NCBI GenBank assembly: GCA_963676395.1
Contig: OY781066.1
Location: 1,856,001-1,920,000, forward strand
DNA length: 64,000 nucleotides
Source of the DNA: a bacterium
GTDB lineage: Bacteria > Fidelibacterota > Fidelibacteria > Fidelibacterales > Fidelibacteraceae
Direction: 5' to 3'
Position 1 is the first letter of the stretch, and each line of letters begins with the position of its first letter. Below are positions 49,517 through 60,179 of the stretch, piece after piece. A model generated the notes under the pieces. The model did no database searches. It saw only the letters and a list, made by a program, of their open reading frames with translations, and was not told the origin of the DNA. Position numbers and translations under genes: made by a program.

Positions 49517-51648
49517 TGAAGCAATTTAGGAAAATTATTATTTTATCTCTCGTAGCTTTGACCTATATCATTGCAGCGGGCGAATTTCAGGGATATAAGT
49601 TAACGAGGATTAAAATTCTTGGTAATGAACGCTATGGATCATTCCATTTAAAAAAACAAATTGATATTAATCCTGTATTTACCCGTCATGGTATGAAGAA
49701 GATTACGCGCGAGTATATTAAAGAGCAAAGTAATTTGCTTCGGGAATATTATCAAAGAGAAGGTTTTTTGAAATGTAATGTCAAAGATTCTTTAGTTTAT
49801 GTAGGTCAGCATTATCTTAACTTGTATTTTGTTATTGAAGAAAACGAGCGATATTTTGTAAACAATCCTTCATATGATCTTCGATTGCGTTCGGTACATA
49901 TTCAGGGGAATACTACCTTTAATGAAAGACAATTAAAACGATATATTGAGGTCAAAAGATCATTGACGCGTAGACAGATGACGCGTGTGAATAAGCGTTA
50001 TATAAAAACCCAGGCCAAGAATCTTAAAAATTATTATGTCTCGGAAGGTTTTTTGAATTGTGAAGTTCGTGATTCATTGATTATTCTTGATAAAAAAGAT
50101 CTTCATCTTTTCTTTAATGTAAAAGAAAATGAGCGCTATCATATCAAACAGATAAAAGTTGAAGGGAACTCATTATTAAGTGATGCGGAGATACTGGAAC
50201 TGCTGGGATTGGATATTGGTGGTCCTTTTAAACAGTATGTCTATTATAATAATTTCAAGAAGATCCTTTCGAAGTATTCGGAATTGGGGCATCCTTATGC
50301 GAAGATCCGTGAGGAGTTTGATTGGGATACTGAGCTTGAAATTACCATCATCATTGATGAGGATATGCCATATAAAGTGGGCGGTATTGAATTAATGGGT
50401 AATAAGAATGTTCATTCACCTTATATCGAAAAGCATTATAAAATTGAAGAGGGAAAGAATTATAATCAAGAAGACATAAGAAGAACTCAAGATAGAATTT
50501 ATGAAATGGGAGCTTTTTCTTCTGTAAATATTGTTCCTGTTAATCCGGACACTTTAAATCAGAAATTGGATCTGAAGGTATCCGTGATAGAGAGTAAACC
50601 GCGAAGATTTGATTTTAAATTTGGGGGAAGACAAGGTTATAGTGATCAAATATCCTCTTCATCTTTATTTATTGAGCCTGAATGGACACATAAAAACTTA
50701 TTTAACAGAGCTCATCGTTTCAAGATAGGTGTGTCTTATGATGCTATTTTTAATCAATATGATATTGACCATAAAATTTATTCTGATGTTGCATATACGG
50801 TTCCATGGCTGTTCTTTTTGAGATTACCTACGACAGTTAAACTATATTATGATCGTGATACCTATGATCCTTTTGAAGAAATGGTAACGACTGAAACAGA
50901 TACATTAAAAAAGGGTGAAGTTAGAACTGATTATGGTATAAATTTTTCCTCTATCTGGCGATATAATAGAAATACATATACGAGATTATCACTTTCATTG
51001 AGAAATGTACGCTCTGAATTTCAAGATCAAGCGTCTGAATTTGAGCCACAGGTAGAGTTGGGACTTCAAACTCGTATCGATAATCGTGATTCATTTATTT
51101 ACCCTACAAAAGGATGGAACATTTTAGCATATGCCGGGTATGTTTTAGGAACGGAAACGGGTTATTTTAGACTTGAAACATCCTTAAATGGATATATGCC
51201 GATAGCAAGAAGAACTGTGCTTGCCAGTCGTTTGGAATTAGGTCAATTCTTTGTTATAGATAGTGTCGCCGCCCAAAATATTTACCAATTGGGATCGGAA
51301 ACAACTGTTCGAGGTTGGCGTAAATCAATTGGGAATGAATATGAATTGACATCTGGTGATACTATTAAAGCGGGTTTGGCAAAGACTTTAGCGAATATAG
51401 AGCTAAGACAGGATTTGATTTGGAATTTTGGTGTAAATATTTTTCTTGATGCGGGACGTCTTGATAATGATATGAGTGGGATATTTGACTGGGGATCATA
51501 TTTCGTTAATTCAGGTATTGGTATTTACTATAAAACACCTATTGGTCCCATTAGGGTGGAATTACCGATCATATTGAATGATCCTCGCGAGGGTGAAAAA
51601 AATATTGATTTTGGTAACCTTTGTTTTGGAGTTTTGTTTGCCTTTTAA
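49516..51648 (+). CDS. Omp85 family (TamA/BamA-like) outer membrane protein with POTRA domains
   Basis: Signal peptide, POTRA repeats, 'VRGW', 'G.GIYYKTPIGPIRVE', C-terminal Phe. Confidence 0.85.
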   Translation: MKQFRKIIILSLVALTYIIAAGEFQGYKLTRIKILGNERYGSFHLKKQIDINPVFTRHGMKKITREYIKEQSNLLREYYQREGFLKCNVKDSLVYVGQHYLNLYFVIEENERYFVNNPSYDLRLRSVHIQGNTTFNERQLKRYIEVKRSLTRRQMTRVNKRYIKTQAKNLKNYYVSEGFLNCEVRDSLIILDKKDLHLFFNVKENERYHIKQIKVEGNSLLSDAEILELLGLDIGGPFKQYVYYNNFKKILSKYSELGHPYAKIREEFDWDTELEITIIIDEDMPYKVGGIELMGNKNVHSPYIEKHYKIEEGKNYNQEDIRRTQDRIYEMGAFSSVNIVPVNPDTLNQKLDLKVSVIESKPRRFDFKFGGRQGYSDQISSSSLFIEPEWTHKNLFNRAHRFKIGVSYDAIFNQYDIDHKIYSDVAYTVPWLFFLRLPTTVKLYYDRDTYDPFEEMVTTETDTLKKGEVRTDYGINFSSIWRYNRNTYTRLSLSLRNVRSEFQDQASEFEPQVELGLQTRIDNRDSFIYPTKGWNILAYAGYVLGTETGYFRLETSLNGYMPIARRTVLASRLELGQFFVIDSVAAQNIYQLGSETTVRGWRKSIGNEYELTSGDTIKAGLAKTLANIELRQDLIWNFGVNIFLDAGRLDNDMSGIFDWGSYFVNSGIGIYYKTPIGPIRVELPIILNDPREGEKNIDFGNLCFGVLFAF

Positions 51649-51696
51649 GATGGAAATATTATAAATTACTCGACTGAAATTTAGGAGTTAGAAAAC

Positions 51697-52194
51697 ATGA
51701 AAAAACAATTAGTCGCATTACTCTTGATCACATTGCTGATCTTCTCTTGTTCCGATAATCGCACAGCAGAACAAATGTTTCAGGATGCCGGTGAACTGTA
51801 TAAGCAGGAAAAGGTAACCCGGACAATTAAGACTTTTGATAAATTATCGAATACCTATCCTGATGATCCTCTGGCAGTAAAAGCTTTGTATCGTATGGCC
51901 GAGATCTATGCCGGTGATATGCAAGATTTTGAAACTTGTATAGATAAATATGATTATATCGCTGAAGAGTATCCTTCACACCCCGATGCACCCAAAGCCA
52001 GATTTATGGCAGGCTATACTCTAGCAAATATCATGGGGGATTTTGAACGCGCAAAAGCCGAGTATGAACAGTTTATCCGTGATTATCCGGAGCATCCTCT
52101 GGCAGAATCTGTAGAATTCGAATTGCGTAATTTGGGCAAGTCTCTGGATGAGATCGAAGAGCTCAAAGGTATCATGAAAAGCGACAAAGAATAA
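51697..52194 (+). CDS. TPR lipoprotein (BamD/CpoB-like)
   Basis: Lipobox IFSC, repeated 'YP..P.A..A' TPR units. Confidence 0.75.
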   Translation: MKKQLVALLLITLLIFSCSDNRTAEQMFQDAGELYKQEKVTRTIKTFDKLSNTYPDDPLAVKALYRMAEIYAGDMQDFETCIDKYDYIAEEYPSHPDAPKARFMAGYTLANIMGDFERAKAEYEQFIRDYPEHPLAESVEFELRNLGKSLDEIEELKGIMKSDKE

Positions 52195-52205
52195 ATGAGG
52201 TCCTA

Positions 52206-53198
52206 ATGAGTTTTGATCTGACTTTATTAAACGAACAAATACAAAAAGAATCAGTCTTCTTGGAACCTATCCAGAATGAGCTGAGAAAAGTGTTGATCGG
52301 CCAGGAAAAAATGGTCCAACGCTTACTGATTGGCCTTTTAGCTGAAGGACATATTTTGCTTGAAGGTGTACCCGGTCTGGCTAAAACTTTGGCTGTAAAA
52401 TCTTTGGCTAAAGCAATACAAACAACTTATCACCGTATACAGTTTACCCCGGATCTTCTTCCTTCGGATTTGATTGGTACTCTGATCTATAATCAAAAAG
52501 AAGCAACATTCGAGGTAAAAAAAGGTCCGATTTTTGCCAATATCATACTGGCGGACGAGATCAACCGTTCACCTGCAAAAGTTCAGGCAGCTTTGCTTGA
52601 AGCTATGCAGGAAAAACAGGTTACTATTGGTGATAAAACTTATAAATTGACTGAACCGTTTTTGGTGCTTGCAACTCAAAATCCTATTGAGCAAGAAGGA
52701 ACTTATCCTCTGCCCGAAGCTCAGGTTGACCGTTTTATGTTGAAGGTAAAAATCGATTATCCGACTCAGGAAGAGGAAATAAGCATTTTGTCTTTGTTGA
52801 CATCCAACACCTTACCTGAAACGATAAAATCAGTTATTAAACCTAAGCAGATACTGAATGCACGAAATGTTGTTCGCTCAATTTACGTGGATGAGAAGAT
52901 CCATAAATATGTGACCGATATCGTATTTGCAACGAGATATCCCGAAAAATACGGGATAGAGTCTATTGCAAGTATGATAGATGTCGGTGCATCACCTAGA
53001 GCGTCAATAAATCTTGTTTTAGCAGCGAAAGCACATGCTTTCTTGCAACATAGAGGATATGTCACGCCTGAAGATATTCGTGAAGTGGGTATGGATGTTT
53101 TGCGACACCGTGTACTGCTTTCATTTGAAGCTGAAGCGGAAGAGGTCACGGTAGAGGATGTCATTCAATCTGTGTTTGATACAATACCGGTTCCCTAA
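52206..53198 (+). CDS. moxR: MoxR-family AAA+ ATPase
   Basis: 'EGVPGLAKT', 'RIQFTPDLLPSD', 'ADEINR', 'ATQNPIEQEGTYPLPEAQVDRF'. Confidence 0.93.
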   Translation: MSFDLTLLNEQIQKESVFLEPIQNELRKVLIGQEKMVQRLLIGLLAEGHILLEGVPGLAKTLAVKSLAKAIQTTYHRIQFTPDLLPSDLIGTLIYNQKEATFEVKKGPIFANIILADEINRSPAKVQAALLEAMQEKQVTIGDKTYKLTEPFLVLATQNPIEQEGTYPLPEAQVDRFMLKVKIDYPTQEEEISILSLLTSNTLPETIKSVIKPKQILNARNVVRSIYVDEKIHKYVTDIVFATRYPEKYGIESIASMIDVGASPRASINLVLAAKAHAFLQHRGYVTPEDIREVGMDVLRHRVLLSFEAEAEEVTVEDVIQSVFDTIPVP

Positions 53199-54079
53199 TG
53201 TTATCTAGCGAGATACTACATAAAGTAAAAAAAATTGAGATCCAAACACGTCGCATTGTTAACGATGTGTTTTCGGGTGAATACCGTTCGATTTTTAAGG
53301 GAAAGGGGATGTCCTTTTCAGAAGTTCGGGAATATCAGCCGGGTGATGATGTACGTACCATTGATTGGAATGTGACCGCTCGCCAAAACAAACCTTTTGT
53401 AAAAGTTTTGGAAGAAGAGCGTGAATTAACGGTTTATTTTGTTGTGGATGTCTCAGCCTCGGGAAAAGTTGGTTCAACCGAACGCTTTAAAAGTGAAATT
53501 GCTGCCGAAATTTGCGCTGTATTGGCTTTTTCTGCCATTCGCAATGGTGATAAAGTAGGTTTGCTTAATTTTACAGATGAAATTGAAAAGTATTTATCAC
53601 CTCGAAAAGGTAAAGGCTATGCCATGCAGGTTATCCGCGAAGTTCTATTCGGGGAATACGAGGGCAAGGGCACACGAATTGAAAATGCTTTACAGTTTTT
53701 GTCACGAGTTGCACATAAAAAGAGTATCGTTTTCTTGATTTCAGATTTTTATGATATGGATTTTGAGTCCTCGCTCAAAGCTGTGGCCAATCGCCATGAT
53801 CTGGTCCTGGTAAATATGGTTGATCCGTTGGATCGCGCTCTTCCCAATGTAGGGATGTTACCTTTGTATGATGCTGAAAGCGGTGAGCAGATGATTATTG
53901 ATACGGGGATCGAGGCAATTCGTGATGACTATTCAGCTGAATTTAATAAGCGCAGTGAAGCTCTTGAACTTATGTGTCGCAAGAATAAAGTTGATTTGAT
54001 CACCGTAAATACCAATGAATCGTATATTGAACCCTTAAACCGTTTTTTTAAGAATAGAGGAAAACAGCAGTACCGATGA
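53198..54079 (+). CDS. DUF58 vWA-like protein
   Basis: 'G.SFSEVREYQPGDDVRTIDWNVTAR', 'DVSAS', 'ISDF'. Confidence 0.9.
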   Translation: MLSSEILHKVKKIEIQTRRIVNDVFSGEYRSIFKGKGMSFSEVREYQPGDDVRTIDWNVTARQNKPFVKVLEEERELTVYFVVDVSASGKVGSTERFKSEIAAEICAVLAFSAIRNGDKVGLLNFTDEIEKYLSPRKGKGYAMQVIREVLFGEYEGKGTRIENALQFLSRVAHKKSIVFLISDFYDMDFESSLKAVANRHDLVLVNMVDPLDRALPNVGMLPLYDAESGEQMIIDTGIEAIRDDYSAEFNKRSEALELMCRKNKVDLITVNTNESYIEPLNRFFKNRGKQQYR

Positions 54080-54978
54080 AAAAGCTGATGCTGACATTGT
54101 TGATCTTCTCTGCCGCTTTCGCGGCGAATGTGGATATGTCCCTGAATGTCGAAGAAAAAGTTTACCATATCGGTGATAGGATATTGTTGGACTATAATAT
54201 CAAAGCGGGAGAAAAATATTTCTTTATTTTACCTGAGTTGAAAGAATATTTAGGTGATGTTGAGCTTTTATCTGTAAATACTGATAAAAAAATAAAGCAT
54301 AGAAAGCAGATCATAAAGATGCAAGCAGAGATTGTATCTTTTGATACGGGATTTGTTCATATTCCGATTATGCCTTTGATATCAACCGATTCAACGGGTT
54401 TGGGAAAACCCGATACACTTTTTACACCTGAGAAGTATATTTATGTGTATTCTATTTTAGATTCCTCGGCATCTCCCATAGCGATGAACGCGCCTATTCC
54501 ATTAGCCTTGATGACGTGGTGGGAATTATTAATCGTTATCTTACTATTGACCGTGACTGTCGGTATTCTTGTGATGGGCTTGAAGTATAGACAAAAGAAA
54601 AATGATGAGCTTGAGATCATTTGGGAATCACCCGAAGAAAAAGCCGAACATTTATTATTTGAATTAAATTCTAAGCATTATCCTGAAAGCGAACAATGGA
54701 AAGATTATTATGTAGAGCTGACTTATATTATTCGGGATTATTTTGAGAATATATATTACGTGCATTTTCAGGAGTTAACAACATCGGAATTAGTACCCAC
54801 ACTCTCTGAATATCTTAATAAAGAGAAAATAAAAAGTTTAGAAGAATTGTTTATGTTTGCCGATTTAGTGAAATTTGCTAAGGGAGTGGCAACAAAGGAA
54901 AAGTGTGACCATCATCAGGGAATAATTAAGGATATCATTCGAGAAGGGAAAACACTTGAAGAAGAACAATTGGATTAA
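54076..54978 (+). CDS. Bat-operon-associated membrane protein (BatD-like)
   Basis: Signal peptide, central TM, 'YYVELTYIIRDYFE', 'ELTTSE', 'ADLVKFAK'. Confidence 0.7.
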   Translation: MKKLMLTLLIFSAAFAANVDMSLNVEEKVYHIGDRILLDYNIKAGEKYFFILPELKEYLGDVELLSVNTDKKIKHRKQIIKMQAEIVSFDTGFVHIPIMPLISTDSTGLGKPDTLFTPEKYIYVYSILDSSASPIAMNAPIPLALMTWWELLIVILLLTVTVGILVMGLKYRQKKNDELEIIWESPEEKAEHLLFELNSKHYPESEQWKDYYVELTYIIRDYFENIYYVHFQELTTSELVPTLSEYLNKEKIKSLEELFMFADLVKFAKGVATKEKCDHHQGIIKDIIREGKTLEEEQLD

Positions 54979-55474
54979 AGTTTTAATAATTTGGGCTTTG
55001 TATGTAGGCCTTCATTTTACCCATAAGTATATTCCATGCGGATTGACACAATTATTCGGTTGTCCGGAAGAAACTATTTTTCATCATATGAAAATGGCAT
55101 ATTTGGCCTATTCATTAGTAAGTATAATAGAATTTTTTATTTTAAAACCTCATTATCGTGAAAGCTTTATTTCATCGAGAATATTGTCTGTAATATTGAT
55201 CTCATATTTTAGTTTCATGCTTTGGTTTTTTGTGCCGGTCGTGATTGGCCCTATTCACACCGAATGGTTTGAGATAGTTTATTCAAATCTAATACTGGCT
55301 TTTAGTTTGTCTGCCGTTGTTTATATTGAAACATTTACAGAAAAGATTAGCTTTAATAAAACTATCATGCGTGTTTTAACTCTACTGTATCTAATTATTC
55401 TTACTGTTTTCGTGGTTTCAACTTTTTCACCACCGGAAATGGATGTTTTTTCACCTCTTGAGCACGCTCAATAA
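54956..55474 (+). CDS. Membrane protein (DUF6512-like)
   Basis: Multiple TM helices, 'LHFTH', 'ETIFHHMKM'. Confidence 0.55.
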   Translation: MKKNNWIKVLIIWALYVGLHFTHKYIPCGLTQLFGCPEETIFHHMKMAYLAYSLVSIIEFFILKPHYRESFISSRILSVILISYFSFMLWFFVPVVIGPIHTEWFEIVYSNLILAFSLSAVVYIETFTEKISFNKTIMRVLTLLYLIILTVFVVSTFSPPEMDVFSPLEHAQ

Positions 55475-55483
55475 AGGAGAAAT

Positions 55484-56197
55484 ATGCTTAAAATTGATAA
55501 TGTTTCAAAAATCTTTACCGGAGTTAAGGCGGTCGACAGTATTTCGCTGGAAATTCCAACAGGTGAAGTGTTTGGGTTTCTTGGACCTAATGGTGCCGGG
55601 AAAACAACCACAATTCGTATGATCATGGATATTATACAACCCGATAGTGGCCAAATTACCATCAATGAAGAACTCAGTACACAATGTGATCACAAAAAGA
55701 TCGGTTATTTACCCGAAGAACGCGGTATTTATCAAAAGGCTAAGGTTCGTGATGTGGTGGAATATTTTGCACGTTTGAAATCCGTACCTAATATCGAGGT
55801 CAAGGAAAGAGCCAATAAATGGTTTAAAAAACTTCAAATAGAAGATTTGGCAGACATGAAAGTCGGTGAACTTTCCAAAGGGAATCAGCAGAAAGTCCAA
55901 TTTATTATTTCTGTTATCAATGAACCGGATATGATGATTCTTGATGAACCTTTTACGGGGCTGGATCCGGTGAATCAGAAGGTTCTCCAAGATATTATCT
56001 CAGAGTTTAAAGCTCAGGATAAAACCGTAATCTTATCAACACATCAGATGGCTAAAGTGGAAGAAAATTGTGATTCCATGTGCTTGATAAGAAAAGGACG
56101 AATTGTAAAACAGGGGAAGACGATTGAGATTATGAAAGAATATGGCGGTTCTTTGGATAAAGCCTTTATCGAATTGGTTGGAGGTGAAAATGAATAA
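55484..56197 (+). CDS. ABC transporter ATP-binding protein (NatA-like)
   Basis: 'GPNGAGKTT', 'GYLPEERG', 'LSKGNQQK', 'LDEPFTGLDP'. Confidence 0.92.
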   Translation: MLKIDNVSKIFTGVKAVDSISLEIPTGEVFGFLGPNGAGKTTTIRMIMDIIQPDSGQITINEELSTQCDHKKIGYLPEERGIYQKAKVRDVVEYFARLKSVPNIEVKERANKWFKKLQIEDLADMKVGELSKGNQQKVQFIISVINEPDMMILDEPFTGLDPVNQKVLQDIISEFKAQDKTVILSTHQMAKVEENCDSMCLIRKGRIVKQGKTIEIMKEYGGSLDKAFIELVGGENE

Positions 56198-57446
56198 GAC
56201 ACTGACAGTCGCCCGATGGGAATTGAGCCGCGGCATTAAATCCAAAGCTTTCATCTTTTCTTTGTTCATGCCTTTTATTGTTTTGCTGTTTTCTATCCTG
56301 CCTACGGTTTTTGCCATGAATTCGAACATCGAATCTAAGGATATTGGGATCATTGATCAAGGTAATAGCATGTATGTGGAATTGGCGGGTCATTTAATGG
56401 ATCAAATTACCACTGAAGATGGTGAAGCGGCATATTCTATTCAAGAATATCAAAGTACACCCGAAAATCATGATACCTTGGTTGAAACGCTGATATCGGA
56501 TAATATTGTTTCGGCCGTGATCATTATCGAACCGGATTTTATGAATAATGCCATTGTTCAGATCTATCATTCCGATGCTGTAGGTTTGGAAGAATTATCC
56601 AGGATTAAAGGAGCGATTAAACAATTTTCTATGGAGAAAAGGATCGTTTCGTTGGGGATGACTAAAGAAGATATGGATTATGTGTTGGAACGGCCTGATA
56701 TGACCGTTTATGAAGTCGGAGACGATGGAGGTGCTACCAAGAGCAATCTGATCGTACGCTACGGAGTTCCGGGTGTATTTCTTTGGTTGCTTGTAATGGG
56801 TATTGTGATGAGTTCCTCAATGTTGATCTCCGGTGTGATTGAAGAACGTTCCAATCGTATTATCGAGATCATGATGTCTAGCATCAAATCCAATCAATTA
56901 ATGTTGGGAAAAATTCTTGGTATCGGGATGTTGGGTGTGATACAGATAACATTTTATCTTTTGATTATTTTGGTATTTACACTTTACGGTTCTACCTTTA
57001 CCGAGATCAATATTTCGGCTGCCGAAGTCTTTACTCCCAAGATCATTTTATATTTTATCTACTTCATTATGGGCTACTTTATGTATGCGTCATTGTATGT
57101 ATCGCTTGGCTCTTTATATGATAACGAACGCGATGCTTCGCAATCGGTTGGTTTTTTGTCATTATTTGCAGTATTACCCATTATGCTGATCCAACCGATC
57201 ATGATGAATCCCGGCACACCTTTAGCAGATGTTCTATCGTTTATTCCGTTAACAACACCCTTTATGATGATTTTAAAGGTAGGTATGCTGTCTGCACCCA
57301 TGTGGGAAGTTTTGCTTATGATGTTATATCTGCTGGCCTGGATCGTTGGTATTGCCTGGGTAGGATCAAAGATCTTTAGAACCACACTATTGATGTATGG
57401 TAAACGGGCAACATTGAAAGAAATTATTCAGTGGATAAAATCGTAA
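56190..57446 (+). CDS. ABC-2 type permease (NatB-like)
   Basis: 'IEERSNRIIEIMMSS...LMLGKILG', multiple TMs. ATG at 56190 after GGAGG. Confidence 0.88.
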   Translation: MNKTLTVARWELSRGIKSKAFIFSLFMPFIVLLFSILPTVFAMNSNIESKDIGIIDQGNSMYVELAGHLMDQITTEDGEAAYSIQEYQSTPENHDTLVETLISDNIVSAVIIIEPDFMNNAIVQIYHSDAVGLEELSRIKGAIKQFSMEKRIVSLGMTKEDMDYVLERPDMTVYEVGDDGGATKSNLIVRYGVPGVFLWLLVMGIVMSSSMLISGVIEERSNRIIEIMMSSIKSNQLMLGKILGIGMLGVIQITFYLLIILVFTLYGSTFTEINISAAEVFTPKIILYFIYFIMGYFMYASLYVSLGSLYDNERDASQSVGFLSLFAVLPIMLIQPIMMNPGTPLADVLSFIPLTTPFMMILKVGMLSAPMWEVLLMMLYLLAWIVGIAWVGSKIFRTTLLMYGKRATLKEIIQWIKS

Positions 57447-57490
57447 AAAAGAGATAAGAGACAAATTCCAAGGGACAATAAATTGGAAGA

Positions 57491-57537
57491 AAGAGCTGAT
57501 ATTATCCTAAACTTGTTTTAGGAGCTCAGCTCTTTTT
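57491..57537 (+). terminator. Terminator-like hairpin after the ABC permease
   Basis: AAGAGCTGA...TCCTAAA-CTTG-TTTTAGGA..TCAGCTCTT then a T-run. Confidence 0.6.
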
Positions 57538-57824
57538 ACATATGCCAGGAATATTTTTGGAAAGACTATTGACATATTGATCGATTTACAAGAAACAATT
57601 GTGATTGGAGGAAATCTTAATCCAGTATACATTACATCAAATAAAATTACGGTCATGTGCAGGTCGGTCAATTAAATAAAGGATGAATACTGTGAAAAAT
57701 AAAATTCACAGAAAATTAAATTGAGTTAAGTCTAATAAGAGCATGCTTTTAGAGTAAAATTTTCATATCACATTCTAGAAAAAATCGTTATATTATTTCC
57801 GGATAATAAAATAAAGGAGAATAC

Positions 57825-58151
57825 ATGTCACAACTAACAGTCGAAGTCACTGATCAGAATTTTCAAACCGAAGTACTCGCCAATCCTCTTCCGGTTATCG
57901 TAGATTTTTGGGCCCCATGGTGTGGACCTTGTCGTATGATAGCTCCAAAATTGGAAGAAATTGCAAAGGAATACGAAGGAAAAGTCGTTATTGCTAAGGT
58001 TAATGTAGATAATTCACCTATGGTGGCCGGCCAGTTTGGGATTCGATCCATTCCTACTTTACTTTATGTGAAGTGTGGATCGGTTGTTGATCAAGTGATT
58101 GGAAACGTTCCTAAGGGGGACCTCGAAGATCGCTTGAAAAACTTACTCTAA
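57825..58151 (+). CDS. trxA: Thioredoxin
   Basis: '[10 protein letters not shown]', 'IRSIPTL'. Confidence 0.96.
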   Translation: MSQLTVEVTDQNFQTEVLANPLPVIVDFWAPWCGPCRMIAPKLEEIAKEYEGKVVIAKVNVDNSPMVAGQFGIRSIPTLLYVKCGSVVDQVIGNVPKGDLEDRLKNLL

Positions 58152-58160
58152 GTCAAACGA

Positions 58161-58189
58161 AACCCGGGGAACTCCCCGGGTTCTTTTTT
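58161..58189 (+). terminator. Terminator after trxA
   Basis: AACCCGGGG-AACT-CCCCGGGTT followed by CTTTTTT. Confidence 0.85.
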
Positions 58190-58467
58190 ATGAAAAGTAT
58201 TAACTTGAAAATTAATGTTTCCGGTATGGTGCAAATGGTTGGTTTTCGTTGGTATGCTAAACAACAAGCTGATTATTTGAACATAAAAGGATATGTTAAA
58301 AATACTACCAGGGGTGACGTGGAAATATTTGCACAAGGTGTTGCTGATGTGATGCCGCAGTTTATTGATCTTATTAAGCGGGGACCGTCTCGTTCCAGAG
58401 TAGAAAAACTTGTTAAAGAGGAAGTTCTAACAGATAAAGTTTACGAGAAATTTTCAATAAGAATGTG
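58190..58467 (+). CDS. acyP: Acylphosphatase
   Basis: 'VSGMVQMVGFRW', 'GYVKN...G.VE', 'GPSRSRVE'. Confidence 0.88.
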
Positions 58468-60099
58468 ATGTATATGGATTTAAAAATAGCACTAGCTCAA
58501 AGTAATTTTACGGTTGGAGATATCAAAGGTAATGCCGAGAAGATTAAGAGTAATATTCTTGAAGCTGAGAAAAATGCCGCTGATATCATTGTGTTTCCGG
58601 AATTGGCTCTATGCGGTTATCCACCTTTGGACCTTGTTTTGGAAGATGAGTTTATTGCAGCCAACGATGCCAAAATTAAAGAGATCGCTTCAATAACTCA
58701 CAATATTGTTGCTATTGTGGGCTATGTTCGTCGTTTTAATAATAAACTATGGAATGCTGTTGCAGTGATCCAGGATGGTGATATATACACTCACGTTCAT
58801 AAGATAAATTTGCCGACATATGATGTTTTTGATGAGTTGCGGTATTTTTCTTATGTGAATGATGCCACGCCTGTTGAGATAAAGATAAAGGGTAAAAAAT
58901 ATAAACTTGGTGTGGAAATTTGTGAGGATCTTTGGGATGATCGTTATGAAACTAAGGTGACACATGAATTGATCAAGAAAGGTGCAGATATTATTTTAAA
59001 TTCATCGGCTTCACCTTTCCGTGTCGGTAAAATTAATCAGCGTATTGCTTTGGTTCGCGAAAAAGTATGTGAAGGAAATATACCGTTTGTTTACACCAAC
59101 CTTGTCGGAGGTCAGGATGAGCTTATTTTTGATGGGCACAGTTTTTCGGTAGACAAGAATGGTGATATCGCTGCCTATCTGGCTGCATCGAAAGAGGAGT
59201 TGGGATATTGTCATTTTGTGAATGGTGTCAGACAAAATGAGCGTCCCGAACCGCAACCTGATCTAATGGATGGATTAAGACAGGCTTTGAATTTAGGTAT
59301 ACGCGATTATTTTGAAAAAAGCGGTTTTAATAAAGCTGTGTTGGGCTTAAGTGGTGGGATAGATTCTGCTCTTGTTGCCACTCTAGCTGCAGAAGCTTTG
59401 GGAAAGGAGAATGTTTACGGATTTGCTATGCCTTCCCAGTTTTCATCGGATCACTCCATTGAAGATGCTCGTCAGTTGGCAAAAAATCTGGGTATTCATT
59501 TTGATCTTATTGAAGTCAAACCCATGTATGATACATTTATGAAATCCCTAGCCGGTCAATTTGCCGGGACTCCATTCGGCTTGGCCGAAGAGAACCTTCA
59601 GGCAAGAATACGCGGGGCTATTTTAATGTCGTTGGCTAATAAAAAGAACGCACTGACCTTAACTACCGGGAATAAAACTGAAATTGCTTTAGGCTACTGT
59701 ACACTTTATGGTGATATGTGTGGAGCTTTAGGACCTATTTCAGATTTAAATAAAGTGGATGTCTATGCTCTATCGCGCTATTTGAATGAACAATACGGTT
59801 TTGATGTGATACCGCAGAATACCATAAATAAATTGCCCTCGGCAGAATTAGCCGAAGATCAATATGATCCTTTTGATTATGATGTAGTAGCACCTTTGGT
59901 AGATAGATTATTGACTAACGAGCCGATAGAGGCTTTGATAGAAGAAACAGGAGATAAAGAATTAGTCTATAAGCTTTTACACTTATTAAGAATTACCGAG
60001 TATAAACGTTGGCAGGCGGCACCCGGTTTACGAGTGACATCCAAAGCCTTTGGCCAAGGTAGAAAAATGCCGCTTGTGAATCATTTTGGTAACCGGTAA
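58465..60099 (+). CDS. nadE: Glutamine-dependent NAD+ synthetase
   Basis: CN-hydrolase domain ('FPEL', 'K..LP.Y.VFDE.RYF', 'ICEDLW') plus 'GLSGGIDS', 'ENLQARIRG', 'TGNKTE'. Confidence 0.95.
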   Translation: MMYMDLKIALAQSNFTVGDIKGNAEKIKSNILEAEKNAADIIVFPELALCGYPPLDLVLEDEFIAANDAKIKEIASITHNIVAIVGYVRRFNNKLWNAVAVIQDGDIYTHVHKINLPTYDVFDELRYFSYVNDATPVEIKIKGKKYKLGVEICEDLWDDRYETKVTHELIKKGADIILNSSASPFRVGKINQRIALVREKVCEGNIPFVYTNLVGGQDELIFDGHSFSVDKNGDIAAYLAASKEELGYCHFVNGVRQNERPEPQPDLMDGLRQALNLGIRDYFEKSGFNKAVLGLSGGIDSALVATLAAEALGKENVYGFAMPSQFSSDHSIEDARQLAKNLGIHFDLIEVKPMYDTFMKSLAGQFAGTPFGLAEENLQARIRGAILMSLANKKNALTLTTGNKTEIALGYCTLYGDMCGALGPISDLNKVDVYALSRYLNEQYGFDVIPQNTINKLPSAELAEDQYDPFDYDVVAPLVDRLLTNEPIEALIEETGDKELVYKLLHLLRITEYKRWQAAPGLRVTSKAFGQGRKMPLVNHFGNR

Positions 60100-60179
60100 T
60101 CAAAAAATCAGGATAGAAATTATATGTTCGATCAGAAATATTAAACATATAAATCATTAAGTAACAACTGGAGATAAAT

